A stretch of DNA of 64,000 nt from a bacterium (GCA_017405875.1 JAFQZM010000038.1:21314-85313); one strand, 5' to 3'. Counted from the first letter of the stretch, positions 29,037 to 38,562 are shown. Program-made: numbers and translations. The notes: generated by a model from the letters alone, not told the origin.

Positions 29037-31051
29037 CAGCTTTACTTGAATTCCGCTTTTTCGGTCACATTGTGACCCTTTTGTTTTCTATCCTTTCAAT
29101 TTATTTCAAAGAAAGTATTCCGATTCTCATCATACTTTGGAGTGTTTTCGTTTTTTTGGTCATTTATCTCCGTCTCGTTGAAAAGAAGAGAATCCCCGTG
29201 CAGCTTTTTCTGCTTCCGGTATTCATCGTTTCCGGCGGAGTCGCGGGAAGTCCGGTCCTTCCGCTCCTTTTTCTTGCTCTGCCTCTGACTTTGCAGAAAA
29301 GTGACGACAGTTCATATATCGGATTTGCTGTGACTACGTTCATTCTGATGCTTTGCAGCGGCAATATTTCCGATTATTCCGATTTTATCATTTATGTTTT
29401 ATTCGTTTTTTCAGCGATAGGTGTCTGGTTTTTCATGAGAAAGGGCTTCTCGTTTCTGCTGGCTCAAGCGCCTGCCGCTCCGATCGCGATGAAATCCAAA
29501 GTGAGTATTCCGCTTGTCAAGGATCCTTTCAGACCGCTGAAAAAGTATCTTGTCCGCACCAGGAATTTTAACAACAGACCAGTGTACCTGCGCCTGGTCG
29601 TACTTTTGCCCGGCGGGACTGCGAAAATATACGAATCCGATACCGAGTTTGCGCTGAAAGGTCTTCTGTTCAGGGCTGTTCACGATAAAACCGAGGTCGC
29701 GACCAACGTTCTTCTGGATGACGACAGGGAAAACATTCCGATGATGCCTGAATACAACTTCAGAATATACTATCCGATTTCACTGGTCGATTCCGACGAT
29801 GTAACCCTTTTTGAGCCGGAATATGTCGTCGTTGTCGATACAAGCATTAAAGGAAAAATCGACAAGGAAGAACTTATTCAGAAGTTCTCCGAGATAAAGG
29901 ACGACGTTCTCGAACAGCTCAGACAGTCCGAAACTTTCAGTCATATTTCTGTTGAAAAACAGAGAAATGCCACGCTTTATCAGGAGACTTCGAATATTGT
30001 CGATGCTTTCGACCATGACGAACTTCTCAAAGCCGCGGCGCTTGCGATATTCAATCTCGCTCCGGAAGCGAGCTGTGTATTTGTTACGACAAAAGGTGAG
30101 GAAAACACTTTCTCGGGTTACTCTTTTACAGTCAGAGAGTTTTCCAAAGGTAAACCGAAACTTGAGATGTCCGATATAAACGATCCGGTTACTGCAGAAA
30201 TGAAGGATTCCCAGTCGATTCACGCGATGATGGTGAACGGAAAAATCGACGATTACTACGAAGCGGCAGACGTGAACAAACGTAAGTCGAAACCTATTTT
30301 CCCTGCAGAATTCGATGATCTGAACAAAAAAAGCTGCATTATGATCCGCTGCATGACCTTTAAAAACGACGTCAAAGGAACGATTTCGGTTCTCACCGAC
30401 ACGACGAATGATTTTGAAGAACTCAAAAAGCATTCCGCATCGGTCAGGATGATTTCAAAAGTCGTTACGTCGGCGCTCAACAATATCGAAATGTTCCAGA
30501 AGATGGAGGAACTTTCAAATGTTGACGGTTTGACAGGGCTTTACAACAGGCGCTGTTTCAACAATATGATCGAACAGAAAATCAGCGAAGCGGGCAGGAC
30601 TAAAGTTCAGCTTTCTATGATCATGCTTGACATCGACTTCTTCAAGAAAGTCAACGATACTTACGGTCACAAAGCGGGCGACGACGTTATCCGCTTTATT
30701 TCGGCAACGATAAAGAAATCGATCAGAAAAGTCGATTTTGCCGCGCGTTACGGCGGAGAAGAATTCGTAATCCTGCTTTACAACACATCTATTGCGGCAG
30801 CGGCTAATATTGCGGACAAAATCAGGAATATAGTCCGTGATTCAACGGTCAATGCCGACGGATCTCCGCTGAACATAACGATTTCGCTCGGTGTTTCATC
30901 TTTCCCGATGCCTTCGATGAATGCGGAAAGCCTTGTCAAAAACGCAGATACCGCTCTTTACTATTCAAAAGAACACGGCCGCGATCAGGCTTCTGTTTTC
31001 AACAGCAGCATGGATGAAAGGGACGACGAGGAAGAGGAAGCTGAGGAATAA
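29033..31051 (+). CDS. Membrane-bound diguanylate cyclase (multi-TM N-terminus, middle sensor-like region, GGDEF)
   Basis: RYGGEEFVILL active site with an intact RxxD-like I-site context. About 6 N-terminal TM helices. ATG at 29033 overlaps the FtsB-like stop. Confidence 0.8.
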   Translation: MTALLEFRFFGHIVTLLFSILSIYFKESIPILIILWSVFVFLVIYLRLVEKKRIPVQLFLLPVFIVSGGVAGSPVLPLLFLALPLTLQKSDDSSYIGFAVTTFILMLCSGNISDYSDFIIYVLFVFSAIGVWFFMRKGFSFLLAQAPAAPIAMKSKVSIPLVKDPFRPLKKYLVRTRNFNNRPVYLRLVVLLPGGTAKIYESDTEFALKGLLFRAVHDKTEVATNVLLDDDRENIPMMPEYNFRIYYPISLVDSDDVTLFEPEYVVVVDTSIKGKIDKEELIQKFSEIKDDVLEQLRQSETFSHISVEKQRNATLYQETSNIVDAFDHDELLKAAALAIFNLAPEASCVFVTTKGEENTFSGYSFTVREFSKGKPKLEMSDINDPVTAEMKDSQSIHAMMVNGKIDDYYEAADVNKRKSKPIFPAEFDDLNKKSCIMIRCMTFKNDVKGTISVLTDTTNDFEELKKHSASVRMISKVVTSALNNIEMFQKMEELSNVDGLTGLYNRRCFNNMIEQKISEAGRTKVQLSMIMLDIDFFKKVNDTYGHKAGDDVIRFISATIKKSIRKVDFAARYGGEEFVILLYNTSIAAAANIADKIRNIVRDSTVNADGSPLNITISLGVSSFPMPSMNAESLVKNADTALYYSKEHGRDQASVFNSSMDERDDEEEEAEE

Positions 31052-31061
31052 ATTTCCCCGA

Positions 31062-32591
31062 TTATTTCCCGTCAACAGTGAATGATTCTCTGTGAAGTGA
31101 ATTGTCCGATTCGGTGTTTACAGAGATTCTGAGTTCTTTTTTGAGCTTGTCGAGCTCGTCTGAATATTTCTGCTCAAGCGCGAAAATTGTTTCTGGATGC
31201 GCTTTTACGGTGAGAACTCTGCTGCCGTAAAGTTTTACGTATTTCTTGATTTCGCGGAAAATCTGGAAAGTTACGGTTTCTCTTGAGCGGATTATGCCGT
31301 TTCCGCTGCAGTACGGGCACGGTTCGGTGAGAGACGAGATGTTGCTTTCAGTCGTTCTTTTGCGCGTTATCTGGATTAGTCCGAGGCGCGTGAAGTAGAA
31401 AACGGTGCACTTCGCCGGATCTTTTTCGAGTTCATGCTCGAGTTTTGCGATGACTTTTTTCTTGTTCGCCTGATTGCGCATGTCGATGAAGTCGACTACG
31501 ATGATGCCCGCTAAATTCCTGAGTCTCAGGTGGTATGCGATCTCTTCGGCAGCTTCGCAGTTCGTTTTGACGACGGTGCTTTCAAGGTCGCCTTTTCCGA
31601 CGAATTTACCGGTGTTGACGTCAATGACTGTCAGTGCTTCGGTCTGTTCGATGATAAGAAAGCCGCCGCTTTTGAGCCAGATTTTTTTCTTTACCAGTTT
31701 GGTGACTTCAGGTTCGATCGAATAGTAGTCGAAAATCGGGTAGGGCAGATCGTAGAATTTCACTTTGTCGTCTGGATTTTCGCCGTAGAAAGCAAAGTAG
31801 TCGCGCACAGCCTTTTCGTCGTTTTTATTGTCAACGACGATTTCGGAAAGTTCGCTCATACCTGTGTTCTGAACGAAATCGAGCATCGGGTCGAGCGCCG
31901 CTTCAATAAGCGCCGTTCCTTTGCCTTTCTGAAAAGTATTCTGAATCGAAATCCATTTTTTTATGAGGAAAACGACCTCTTTTTCGATGGTTTTGAGGTC
32001 TGTTTCAGCCGCCAGAGTCCTGAGAATTATTCCGTAACCTTTTTTCAGCACCTTCTGACCGAACTCTTTGAGCTCATCGCGCTTTTCGCGGTCGCTGATT
32101 TTGCGGCTTACACCGATGTGGTTGATTGTCGGTAGCAGAACGCAGTATCTTCCGGCAAGCGAAATGTGCGTCGTAAGTTTTGCACCTTTCTGTCCGATCG
32201 GCTCTTTTACGACCTGAACGAGGATTCTGTTTCCCTCTTTCGCGTATTCGGTGATGTCTGTGAATCTGCGCGGTTCGTTCTGCGTTTCCTGTGCCTGATC
32301 CTCGCTGCCGGCCTCGTCATCGTCATCGCTTTCGAGATTTTTCTGATACTCTTCATAAGTTATGTTGAGTTTCAGGTCGTTTGCGTGGATGAACCCGGTT
32401 CTTGTACCGCCGAATTCGACGAATGCCGACTGCATTCCCGGCAGTACGCGGCGGATTATGCCTGAATATATGTTTGACAGGCAGCTCCCTTCCTCCGAGT
32501 GCATGACGTGGAGTTCGACGAGTTTTCTGTCTTCAAGTATGGCTATTCGTTTTTCGCCGTAGGTGTTGTTTACGATTATCTGTCTGTTCAT
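31062..32591 (-). CDS. rng: Ribonuclease G/E family endoribonuclease
   Basis: S1 domain N-terminus and the RNase E/G catalytic core (DVNTGKFVG, DFIDM). Confidence 0.8.
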   Translation of the reverse strand: MNRQIIVNNTYGEKRIAILEDRKLVELHVMHSEEGSCLSNIYSGIIRRVLPGMQSAFVEFGGTRTGFIHANDLKLNITYEEYQKNLESDDDDEAGSEDQAQETQNEPRRFTDITEYAKEGNRILVQVVKEPIGQKGAKLTTHISLAGRYCVLLPTINHIGVSRKISDREKRDELKEFGQKVLKKGYGIILRTLAAETDLKTIEKEVVFLIKKWISIQNTFQKGKGTALIEAALDPMLDFVQNTGMSELSEIVVDNKNDEKAVRDYFAFYGENPDDKVKFYDLPYPIFDYYSIEPEVTKLVKKKIWLKSGGFLIIEQTEALTVIDVNTGKFVGKGDLESTVVKTNCEAAEEIAYHLRLRNLAGIIVVDFIDMRNQANKKKVIAKLEHELEKDPAKCTVFYFTRLGLIQITRKRTTESNISSLTEPCPYCSGNGIIRSRETVTFQIFREIKKYVKLYGSRVLTVKAHPETIFALEQKYSDELDKLKKELRISVNTESDNSLHRESFTVDGK

Positions 32592-32597
32592 TGTTTT

Positions 32598-33368
32598 TTA
32601 AGATACTGTTATCGGACGTTTCTGCTTCATCGGGATGATTTTCATCGGGCTTTTGATGCTCTTTATGTCTGCGATGATCTCGTCTTCCAGATTGGGTTTC
32701 AGGTGGAAAGTATGGATTTCGCAGTGTCTGTTGATTTTTTCAAGTTCACCTGCAAGCTGTGAAGGCGTCAGGTGTTTCGACGCAGTTGCCAGCTTTTCGA
32801 GCCTGTTCGGGAAAGAAGTCTCCCAGCATATTGTTTTTATTGATGGATCGTTGTTTATATGATCAACGAAATTTTGGCATATCCCTGTGTCTCCGGAATA
32901 AGCGATAGTTTCTCCGTCCTTTTTGATGATGAAGCCGAGTGATTCAACGACATGGTTCACTTCGATCGGCAGAAACTCGATCCCTTCGATCGAAAAAGGC
33001 TCATCGAATTTTATAGGCTGAAACTTTATCGTCGGGTTTTTTCTAGTCGGCAGCTTCGTGAAATCAGGCCAGACAAGGTCGTTGAAGATGTTGTCCATTA
33101 TCTGTGCCATGATGTTTTCGGTCGTATAAACCGTGAACGAATGGTTTCCGAGAGAAAGCATGAAATCGGCGAAAATCGGCAGATTTTTGATGTGGTCGAA
33201 GTGGCAGTGCGTGATTATGACGTGTTTTATCGCAAGCAGCTGGTTCGTATCAAGCGATGACATGATCGAACCTGTGTCGATAACGGTCGTAGGTGTAACG
33301 AGCATGGAAATACACTTTTTATTTTCAAGATCGCTGCCGTAGCAACCAAGCGGAACTATGGAAAGCAT
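32598..33368 (-). CDS. MBL-fold hydrolase, class-II 3',5'-cyclic-nucleotide phosphodiesterase-like
   Basis: THCHFDHIKNL matches the H-x-H-x-D-H class-II PDE/MBL signature. Confidence 0.55.
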   Translation of the reverse strand: MLSIVPLGCYGSDLENKKCISMLVTPTTVIDTGSIMSSLDTNQLLAIKHVIITHCHFDHIKNLPIFADFMLSLGNHSFTVYTTENIMAQIMDNIFNDLVWPDFTKLPTRKNPTIKFQPIKFDEPFSIEGIEFLPIEVNHVVESLGFIIKKDGETIAYSGDTGICQNFVDHINNDPSIKTICWETSFPNRLEKLATASKHLTPSQLAGELEKINRHCEIHTFHLKPNLEDEIIADIKSIKSPMKIIPMKQKRPITVS

Positions 33369-33422
33369 TTCATCCTCCGAATATCGAAGCCTGACTCATG
33401 AGAGCCGGTTTTTAGAAGAATT

Positions 33423-33659
33423 TTAGACGTTTACAACTTCTTTTACTTCCGGAACGAGTCTCTTGAGGTGCTGTTCGATTCCCATTTTGAGAGTCATCTG
33501 ACTCATCGGGCAGCCTGCGCAGTGACCCTGGAGAGCAACTTTTACGATACCGTCATCGCCGATTTCTATAATCTGAACATCGCCGCCGTCTCTCTGGAGC
33601 GCGGGACGTACATCTTCAAGAACTTCTTTAACCTTTTCTTTCCAATCGTTTGCAGCCAT
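33423..33659 (-). CDS. NifU-like Fe-S cluster scaffold/carrier (Nfu domain)
   Basis: GHCAGCPMSQMTL is the CxxC Nfu motif. ATG at 33659 follows GGGAG. Confidence 0.7.
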   Translation of the reverse strand: MAANDWKEKVKEVLEDVRPALQRDGGDVQIIEIGDDGIVKVALQGHCAGCPMSQMTLKMGIEQHLKRLVPEVKEVVNV

Positions 33660-33753
33660 TGTAATCTCCCTAAAATTAAGTAAAAAAACATAAAAACGGC
33701 GAATTATAGGGACTAAAGTGTGCAAGTCAAGTCAAAAGAATGAGGATTTTGCA

Positions 33754-34683
33754 TTAAATCATTTTGAAGGCGAGAAGAGCGGAGTAGGCAATGTAGATAG
33801 CGACAAGGAGAACTCCTGAAACTCGGTCTATCTTTTTTCTGATACCGAAAATGAAAAGGAATAGTGTTACAATCGCGACTGCGGGAAGGTCTCTTGTCAG
33901 TATTTTCGGATTGACTGATACCGGCGTGATAGCACCTGCGATGCCGACAACGCACATTGTGTTGAAAAGGTTCGAGCCGACGACGTTTCCGAATGCGACG
34001 CCGTGTTCGTTCTTCCGTGCGGCAGAGACTGAAGCTGCAAGTTCCGGAAGCGATGTTCCGAGCGCAACTATCGTAAGCCCGATTATGAGTTCGCTGACTC
34101 CGAGCGCAATGGCGATATCCTTTGCCGCCCAGACGAGCGCGCGCGAACTGCCGACGAGAAGAGCCAGACCGAAAATAATCCAGAAAATTGATTTCGGCAG
34201 AGACTCTTTTTTACCTGAATCTTCTTCACTCACTTCCTCTTTTTTGCCGAGAGAGGAGATAACCATTATCGGAATGAATAGAACAAGCATCGTTATCGCG
34301 TTGAGGCGTGAAATAAAGCCGTCGAGAATGAGGAAAACCGTAAGAATTATCGTGCCTGCGAGAAATGGAAGCTCTTTTTTTACGACTGAAAAATCGACTT
34401 TTATAGGATTAACGATTGCTGCAACACCGAGGATAAGAAGGACGTTCGTAATGTTAGAGCCGTATGCGTTGCCGAGTGCGATATCGGGGCTTCCTTCGAA
34501 TGCGGAAACCGCCGAAACGAGCATTTCGGGAGCCGACGTGCCGAAACCGACTATCACCATGCCGATTAAAAACGGAGAAACGCCCAGAACACGCGCCAGA
34601 CCGCACGATCCGTCAACGAATTTATCGGCGCTCCACGCCAGAACTAAAAGTGAAACTATCAGAACTATGCCTTGAAGCCACAT
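33754..34683 (-). CDS. CaCA-family sodium/calcium exchanger (YrbG-like)
   Basis: Two alpha-repeats (GTSAPE and GTSLPE). ATG at 34683 follows GAGGT. The upstream ORF-track extension is repeat read-through. Confidence 0.8.
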   Translation of the reverse strand: MWLQGIVLIVSLLVLAWSADKFVDGSCGLARVLGVSPFLIGMVIVGFGTSAPEMLVSAVSAFEGSPDIALGNAYGSNITNVLLILGVAAIVNPIKVDFSVVKKELPFLAGTIILTVFLILDGFISRLNAITMLVLFIPIMVISSLGKKEEVSEEDSGKKESLPKSIFWIIFGLALLVGSSRALVWAAKDIAIALGVSELIIGLTIVALGTSLPELAASVSAARKNEHGVAFGNVVGSNLFNTMCVVGIAGAITPVSVNPKILTRDLPAVAIVTLFLFIFGIRKKIDRVSGVLLVAIYIAYSALLAFKMI

Positions 34684-34750
34684 TTTTACCTCGCAAAAAA
34701 GAAAAAATCTGTGAATTATGATGAAAACTCTGATTATTGCAAGTTGTTTG

Positions 34751-34812
34751 CCGCCGCTCACTAAGGTCCTTAGGGTCCTTAAGGTCCTTAAAGTCCTTAA
34801 GGTTGGCGGCGG
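34751..34812. repeat. 4.5 tandem copies of the palindromic 9-mer AAGG(T)CCTT, flanked by a GC inverted repeat (GCCGCCG / CGGCGGC)
   Basis: aaggtcctt agggtcctt aaggtcctt aaagtcctt aaggttggc at 34763-34807. Each unit is near self-complementary (CCTTAAGG cores). It lies between the divergent CaCA gene and gspC. Confidence 0.8.
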
Positions 34813-34847
34813 CAAAGATTTTACTCGCGGTGGCGGTCAGACCCTGA

Positions 34848-34878
34848 CAAAATGTCAATTTGCCGAATTGACATTTTG
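34848..34878. promoter_or_regulatory. Perfect 13-bp inverted repeat (5-bp spacer) with TTGACA on both strands; candidate operator and divergent -35 elements
   Basis: CAAAATGTCAATT-tgccg-AATTGACATTTTG. It lies about 90 bp upstream of gspC and about 165 bp upstream of the divergent exchanger gene. Confidence 0.45.
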
Positions 34879-34969
34879 GGTTGTTTTGCAACTTATTGAT
34901 TTTATTGGTAATTTTTTTTGGCACTTGAGTTGCTTAAATAATCGGTTTTTGTTTTTTGCGAGGTGTGCT

Positions 34970-35944
34970 TTGAAAAGCAGAACGGTTTTAAATATAGCTT
35001 TGTTCATCGCGATTGCGGCAGCGGTGCTTTCGTTTATAGGTTTTCTGCTCGCTTTCGTCGTTAAAGGTGAACAGGTTTATGTACCGGTAGGCAAAAATTA
35101 TTATAAAACGCTTGAAGGAACTACGACGGAAGAAAAAAAAGAGAATTTTTATTTCGGCAAAAATCCCAATAATATGAGTTCGGCGAATATTTTTGATTCT
35201 TCGTCGCGTATGATAGCTCTAACCGAGCAGCATAGCACTGAAACGGTTGAAGAGGGCGACATTGTTCCAGAGATGAGTAAGGAAGATATTTATTTTTATC
35301 TTGAAAATCCTGACAAATGCGTGCTTCTGCCGGGTTACGAACTTACCGGAACCATCGTTGCGAAGGACAATGACTTCTCGTTCGCAATTCTCAAAGGCGG
35401 CAAAGGAAGTACTGGCGGAGCGGTCACGAGAACCGGTGCGGAAGTTCAGGATGGCGTAATTCTCGCTTTTGTCTGGAGAAATATCGCGATTTTCAGAACG
35501 ACAAGCGGCATAAAATGCATCGGTGAAGGTGTAGGAGAAGGAAAACCTGTACCTGTTCCGGAAGCGCCTAAAGTTGCAGGCGAACCTCAGCAGCCGAAAG
35601 GTGACGACGACTTCGACATCAGAAATGTCGGACCTAACCAGTATGTCGTAAAACGTGCCGATCTCAACAAGGCAACGGGAAATCTGGGCGCGCTGGCGTC
35701 TCAGGCCCGTATCGTTCCTTCCGCAAAAGACAACGGATTCAAGATTTTTTCGATAGCAAAAGACAGTCTTTACACAAAGATAGGAATACAGAACGGCGAT
35801 GTTCTCAAGTCGATAAACGGCATCGAACTTTCAAGCCCGGACAAGGCGCTCGAGGCTTATTCGAGGCTGCAGAGTGCGTCCAAACTCTCGCTTGACATCG
35901 TAAGAAAAGGGCAGAATGAAACATTGGAATATACGATAGAATAG
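34970..35944 (+). CDS. gspC: Type II secretion system protein GspC-like (N-terminal TM, C-terminal PDZ)
   Basis: TTG at 34970 follows GAGGTG. TM helix IALFIAIAAAVLSFIGFLLAF. C-terminal PDZ GIQNGDVLKSINGIEL. It is immediately upstream of the secretin. Confidence 0.5.
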   Translation: MKSRTVLNIALFIAIAAAVLSFIGFLLAFVVKGEQVYVPVGKNYYKTLEGTTTEEKKENFYFGKNPNNMSSANIFDSSSRMIALTEQHSTETVEEGDIVPEMSKEDIYFYLENPDKCVLLPGYELTGTIVAKDNDFSFAILKGGKGSTGGAVTRTGAEVQDGVILAFVWRNIAIFRTTSGIKCIGEGVGEGKPVPVPEAPKVAGEPQQPKGDDDFDIRNVGPNQYVVKRADLNKATGNLGALASQARIVPSAKDNGFKIFSIAKDSLYTKIGIQNGDVLKSINGIELSSPDKALEAYSRLQSASKLSLDIVRKGQNETLEYTIE

Positions 35945-35953
35945 GAGGCATAA

Positions 35954-38560
35954 ATGCTGAATCTGAAAAAGATAATTTTTCTGACAGCTCTGATCGCTTT
36001 TTCGTTTGTTTATCTTCCGGCTGAGGAAGTGGCGGAAGCTGACAATGTGAAAGTTCCGATCAATCTCAACAGCAAATTTAAACCGATAAATTCAGGCAAA
36101 AAGTTTAACAACAATTTGAAGCTCGGCAGGCCTGTTGCAGCGGAAAAGAAAGCTGATGAAGAGAATAAGGATGAAAAAAAGGACGAAAAGCAGGAAGAGA
36201 ACAAACTGGCAGAAAATGCGGCTCAGCCGAAAAACAACAGTAATAACAGCGATGTAAGAACGGTAACGCCTCCGCAGCCGAAAACGATTCTCAACAAAGA
36301 ACAGCCGAAAACTCCGGAAGACAACAAACTTCTGGATGCCGTAAAAGTCGAAATCAACGAACCGAAAGCGGCAAATATGGATCTCAAAATCAGGCTCGAC
36401 TTCAAAGACGAAGAGCTTATGAATGTCGTTAAACTCTTTTCCGATCTGCTCCAGAAAAATTTCATAATTCCGGAAAATCTGGGCAAGGCGAAAATCAATC
36501 TTCTCTCTCCGCAGAAAGTTACGGTCAGAGAGGCTTATAAAACGTTCCTCACCCTTCTTGCAGTCAACGATTTCAGTGTTTCTGAGGACGGTTCCTACAC
36601 GATAATCACGAAGGAAAAGAATATTCCGGAGATGAAAATCCCTTTTTACAAGGGAACTGACGTGCCCGATCTTTTCAAGATGGTTGCGACCATTATGAAG
36701 TTTGAATACGTCACGGCAGGCGACATTGACAAGGTTTTGAAGCTTTTCAGAGACAAAGGTGCGACTTCGGTCGTTTTCGACGACAAGACTTTGATCGTTG
36801 TCGATTACGCGGCTAATATCAGAAAAATCATGACTCTGGTCAAAGAGCTCGACCAGCCTTCCGAATCGGATAAGGCAGAGCTTTACTTCATCAAACTCAA
36901 CCACGTTCTTGCAGCAGATGCCCGCAAAATCATTGAAGATATTTTTAAGGATTTCTCCAAAAAGGGAACCAAGAAAGGGAAAAACAACGACAATACTCCT
37001 TCTCTCGGCGGTGTAGGAAAACAGGCTGAAGGAAACAACAATAACAACAACAGGTTTCCGCCGCGTCCTCCGTTTCCTCCTAACTGGGGCAGTCAGGATG
37101 ACGGCGAAGGTTTGAGTGAAACTTACATCCATATCGTTGCCGACGAAAGAAGCCAGCAGATAATCGTTCTGTGCAACAAGGCGACTTACAATCTGATTCT
37201 TCAGGTCGTTCAGAATATTGACCGCGAAGTCGAAGGCGAGGGCGAAATCCATGTCGTAAAGCTTCAGAACGCAAAAGCTGAAGATATGCTTAAGACATTG
37301 AATTCACTGTCGAAAAACAAAAAAGCGTCAGGTTCTTCCAAAAGCGGAAACAAAGGAACAGACGTTTTTGAAGGCGACGTTCAGATTTCTGCAAACGAAT
37401 CGACGAACTCCCTCGTTGTCGTTTCTTCGCTGCAGGATTTCAGGAACCTCAAAAAAGTTGTTGAAAAACTCGATGTAAAGCGCAAACAGGTTTTTGTCGA
37501 AGCGGCTATTCTCGAAGTCAGCATAGACAACGGTCTGGAATACGGCAACGCATACAGTGCGATGGGTTATGAAGTTACGATCGCCGGCGAAAAGGTTCCT
37601 CTTTTCTTCGGAAAGGCTCTCTCTTCGCCGACTCCCGGACTCGTTGCCGGCATGGTTGGTGCTTCGGTTGACGGAACAGCCGGACTTCCCGGTCTTTCCC
37701 TTGTAGACGGAATTCCTTCGATCGGACTCATTTTGAACGCGGCGCAGAACGATTCGACGGTAAACGTAGTTTCGACACCGCACCTTCTCACGACCGATAA
37801 CGAAGAGGCCGAGATCACAGTCGGTGAAACGGTTCCGTTCCCGTCGGGAAACATTCTTACCAGCACGACAGGAAGTACGATAACCTACACCCGTGAAGAC
37901 GTTGCGCTCAAACTCAAAATAAAACCGCAGATCAACGAATCGGGCTACATGACTCTTGAAATCAATCAGGAGATGACGGAACTCGGCGCGCAGACTGACT
38001 ACGGTTATAAAACGACCAAAAGACAGGCGAAGACCAAGATCAATGCTGAAAACGAACAGACGATAGTCATCGGCGGACTTATGAAGGATACGGTCACTGA
38101 AGGCGAGAACAAGATCCCGATCCTTGGTGACATTCCGGTTATCGGAAATCTTTTCAAGTATAAAAAAATCAATAAAACCAAAGTAAACCTTCTTCTTATC
38201 CTCACTCCTCACGTAGTTGACAGCAAAGAGGATTTTGAGCGCATTCTCCGTAAGAAAATGGAGGAACGTGATGAGTTCGCGAGAAAGTATTACGGCGGTG
38301 ACACCACGTTCGAAGAAACGGTTTACCTCGACAAAAGACGCGGAGCGCTTCTTTCGGTCGTAAATGCTGTCAACACTCAGCAGGCTTTCGAAAAAGAGGA
38401 ACTGAAAAGGATCGAAGCGGCTAACAAGAAGGAAAATTCGATAATGGTCACTCCGGACGGCGAAGAAAAACTCATCGAAAATTCTGATGAATCTTCCAAA
38501 AAAGGGAAGTCAAAAGATGCCGAAGACGAACTTGTTCCCGATATTGACGAAGAGGATTAG
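35954..38560 (+). CDS. gspD: Type II secretion system secretin GspD
   Basis: 868 aa with N0-N3-like domains, a secretin core (GETVPFPSG...VIGGLMKD...IPILGDIPVIGNLFK) and a C-terminal acidic tail. AGGAGG RBS. Confidence 0.8.
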   Translation: MLNLKKIIFLTALIAFSFVYLPAEEVAEADNVKVPINLNSKFKPINSGKKFNNNLKLGRPVAAEKKADEENKDEKKDEKQEENKLAENAAQPKNNSNNSDVRTVTPPQPKTILNKEQPKTPEDNKLLDAVKVEINEPKAANMDLKIRLDFKDEELMNVVKLFSDLLQKNFIIPENLGKAKINLLSPQKVTVREAYKTFLTLLAVNDFSVSEDGSYTIITKEKNIPEMKIPFYKGTDVPDLFKMVATIMKFEYVTAGDIDKVLKLFRDKGATSVVFDDKTLIVVDYAANIRKIMTLVKELDQPSESDKAELYFIKLNHVLAADARKIIEDIFKDFSKKGTKKGKNNDNTPSLGGVGKQAEGNNNNNNRFPPRPPFPPNWGSQDDGEGLSETYIHIVADERSQQIIVLCNKATYNLILQVVQNIDREVEGEGEIHVVKLQNAKAEDMLKTLNSLSKNKKASGSSKSGNKGTDVFEGDVQISANESTNSLVVVSSLQDFRNLKKVVEKLDVKRKQVFVEAAILEVSIDNGLEYGNAYSAMGYEVTIAGEKVPLFFGKALSSPTPGLVAGMVGASVDGTAGLPGLSLVDGIPSIGLILNAAQNDSTVNVVSTPHLLTTDNEEAEITVGETVPFPSGNILTSTTGSTITYTREDVALKLKIKPQINESGYMTLEINQEMTELGAQTDYGYKTTKRQAKTKINAENEQTIVIGGLMKDTVTEGENKIPILGDIPVIGNLFKYKKINKTKVNLLLILTPHVVDSKEDFERILRKKMEERDEFARKYYGGDTTFEETVYLDKRRGALLSVVNAVNTQQAFEKEELKRIEAANKKENSIMVTPDGEEKLIENSDESSKKGKSKDAEDELVPDIDEED

Positions 38561-38562
38561 TC

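Noticed and set aside
34763-34807. Possible CRISPR array (also considered at 56707-56758)
   Set aside because: The units are 8-9 bp, directly abutting, with no spacers, and no cas genes are present. They are micro-tandem repeats, not CRISPR.
34684-34969. N-terminal extensions in the ORF track (MPPPTLRTLRTLRTL... on the exchanger; MMKTLIIASCLPPLTKVLRVLKVLKVLKV... on gspC)
   Set aside because: Both are read-through of the 9-bp tandem array. RBS-supported starts (ATG 34683 for the exchanger; TTG 34970 for gspC) lie beyond it.
36092-38212. 386-aa and 294-aa minus-strand ORFs
   Set aside because: Both lie inside the gspD secretin gene on the opposite strand and have no recognisable motifs.
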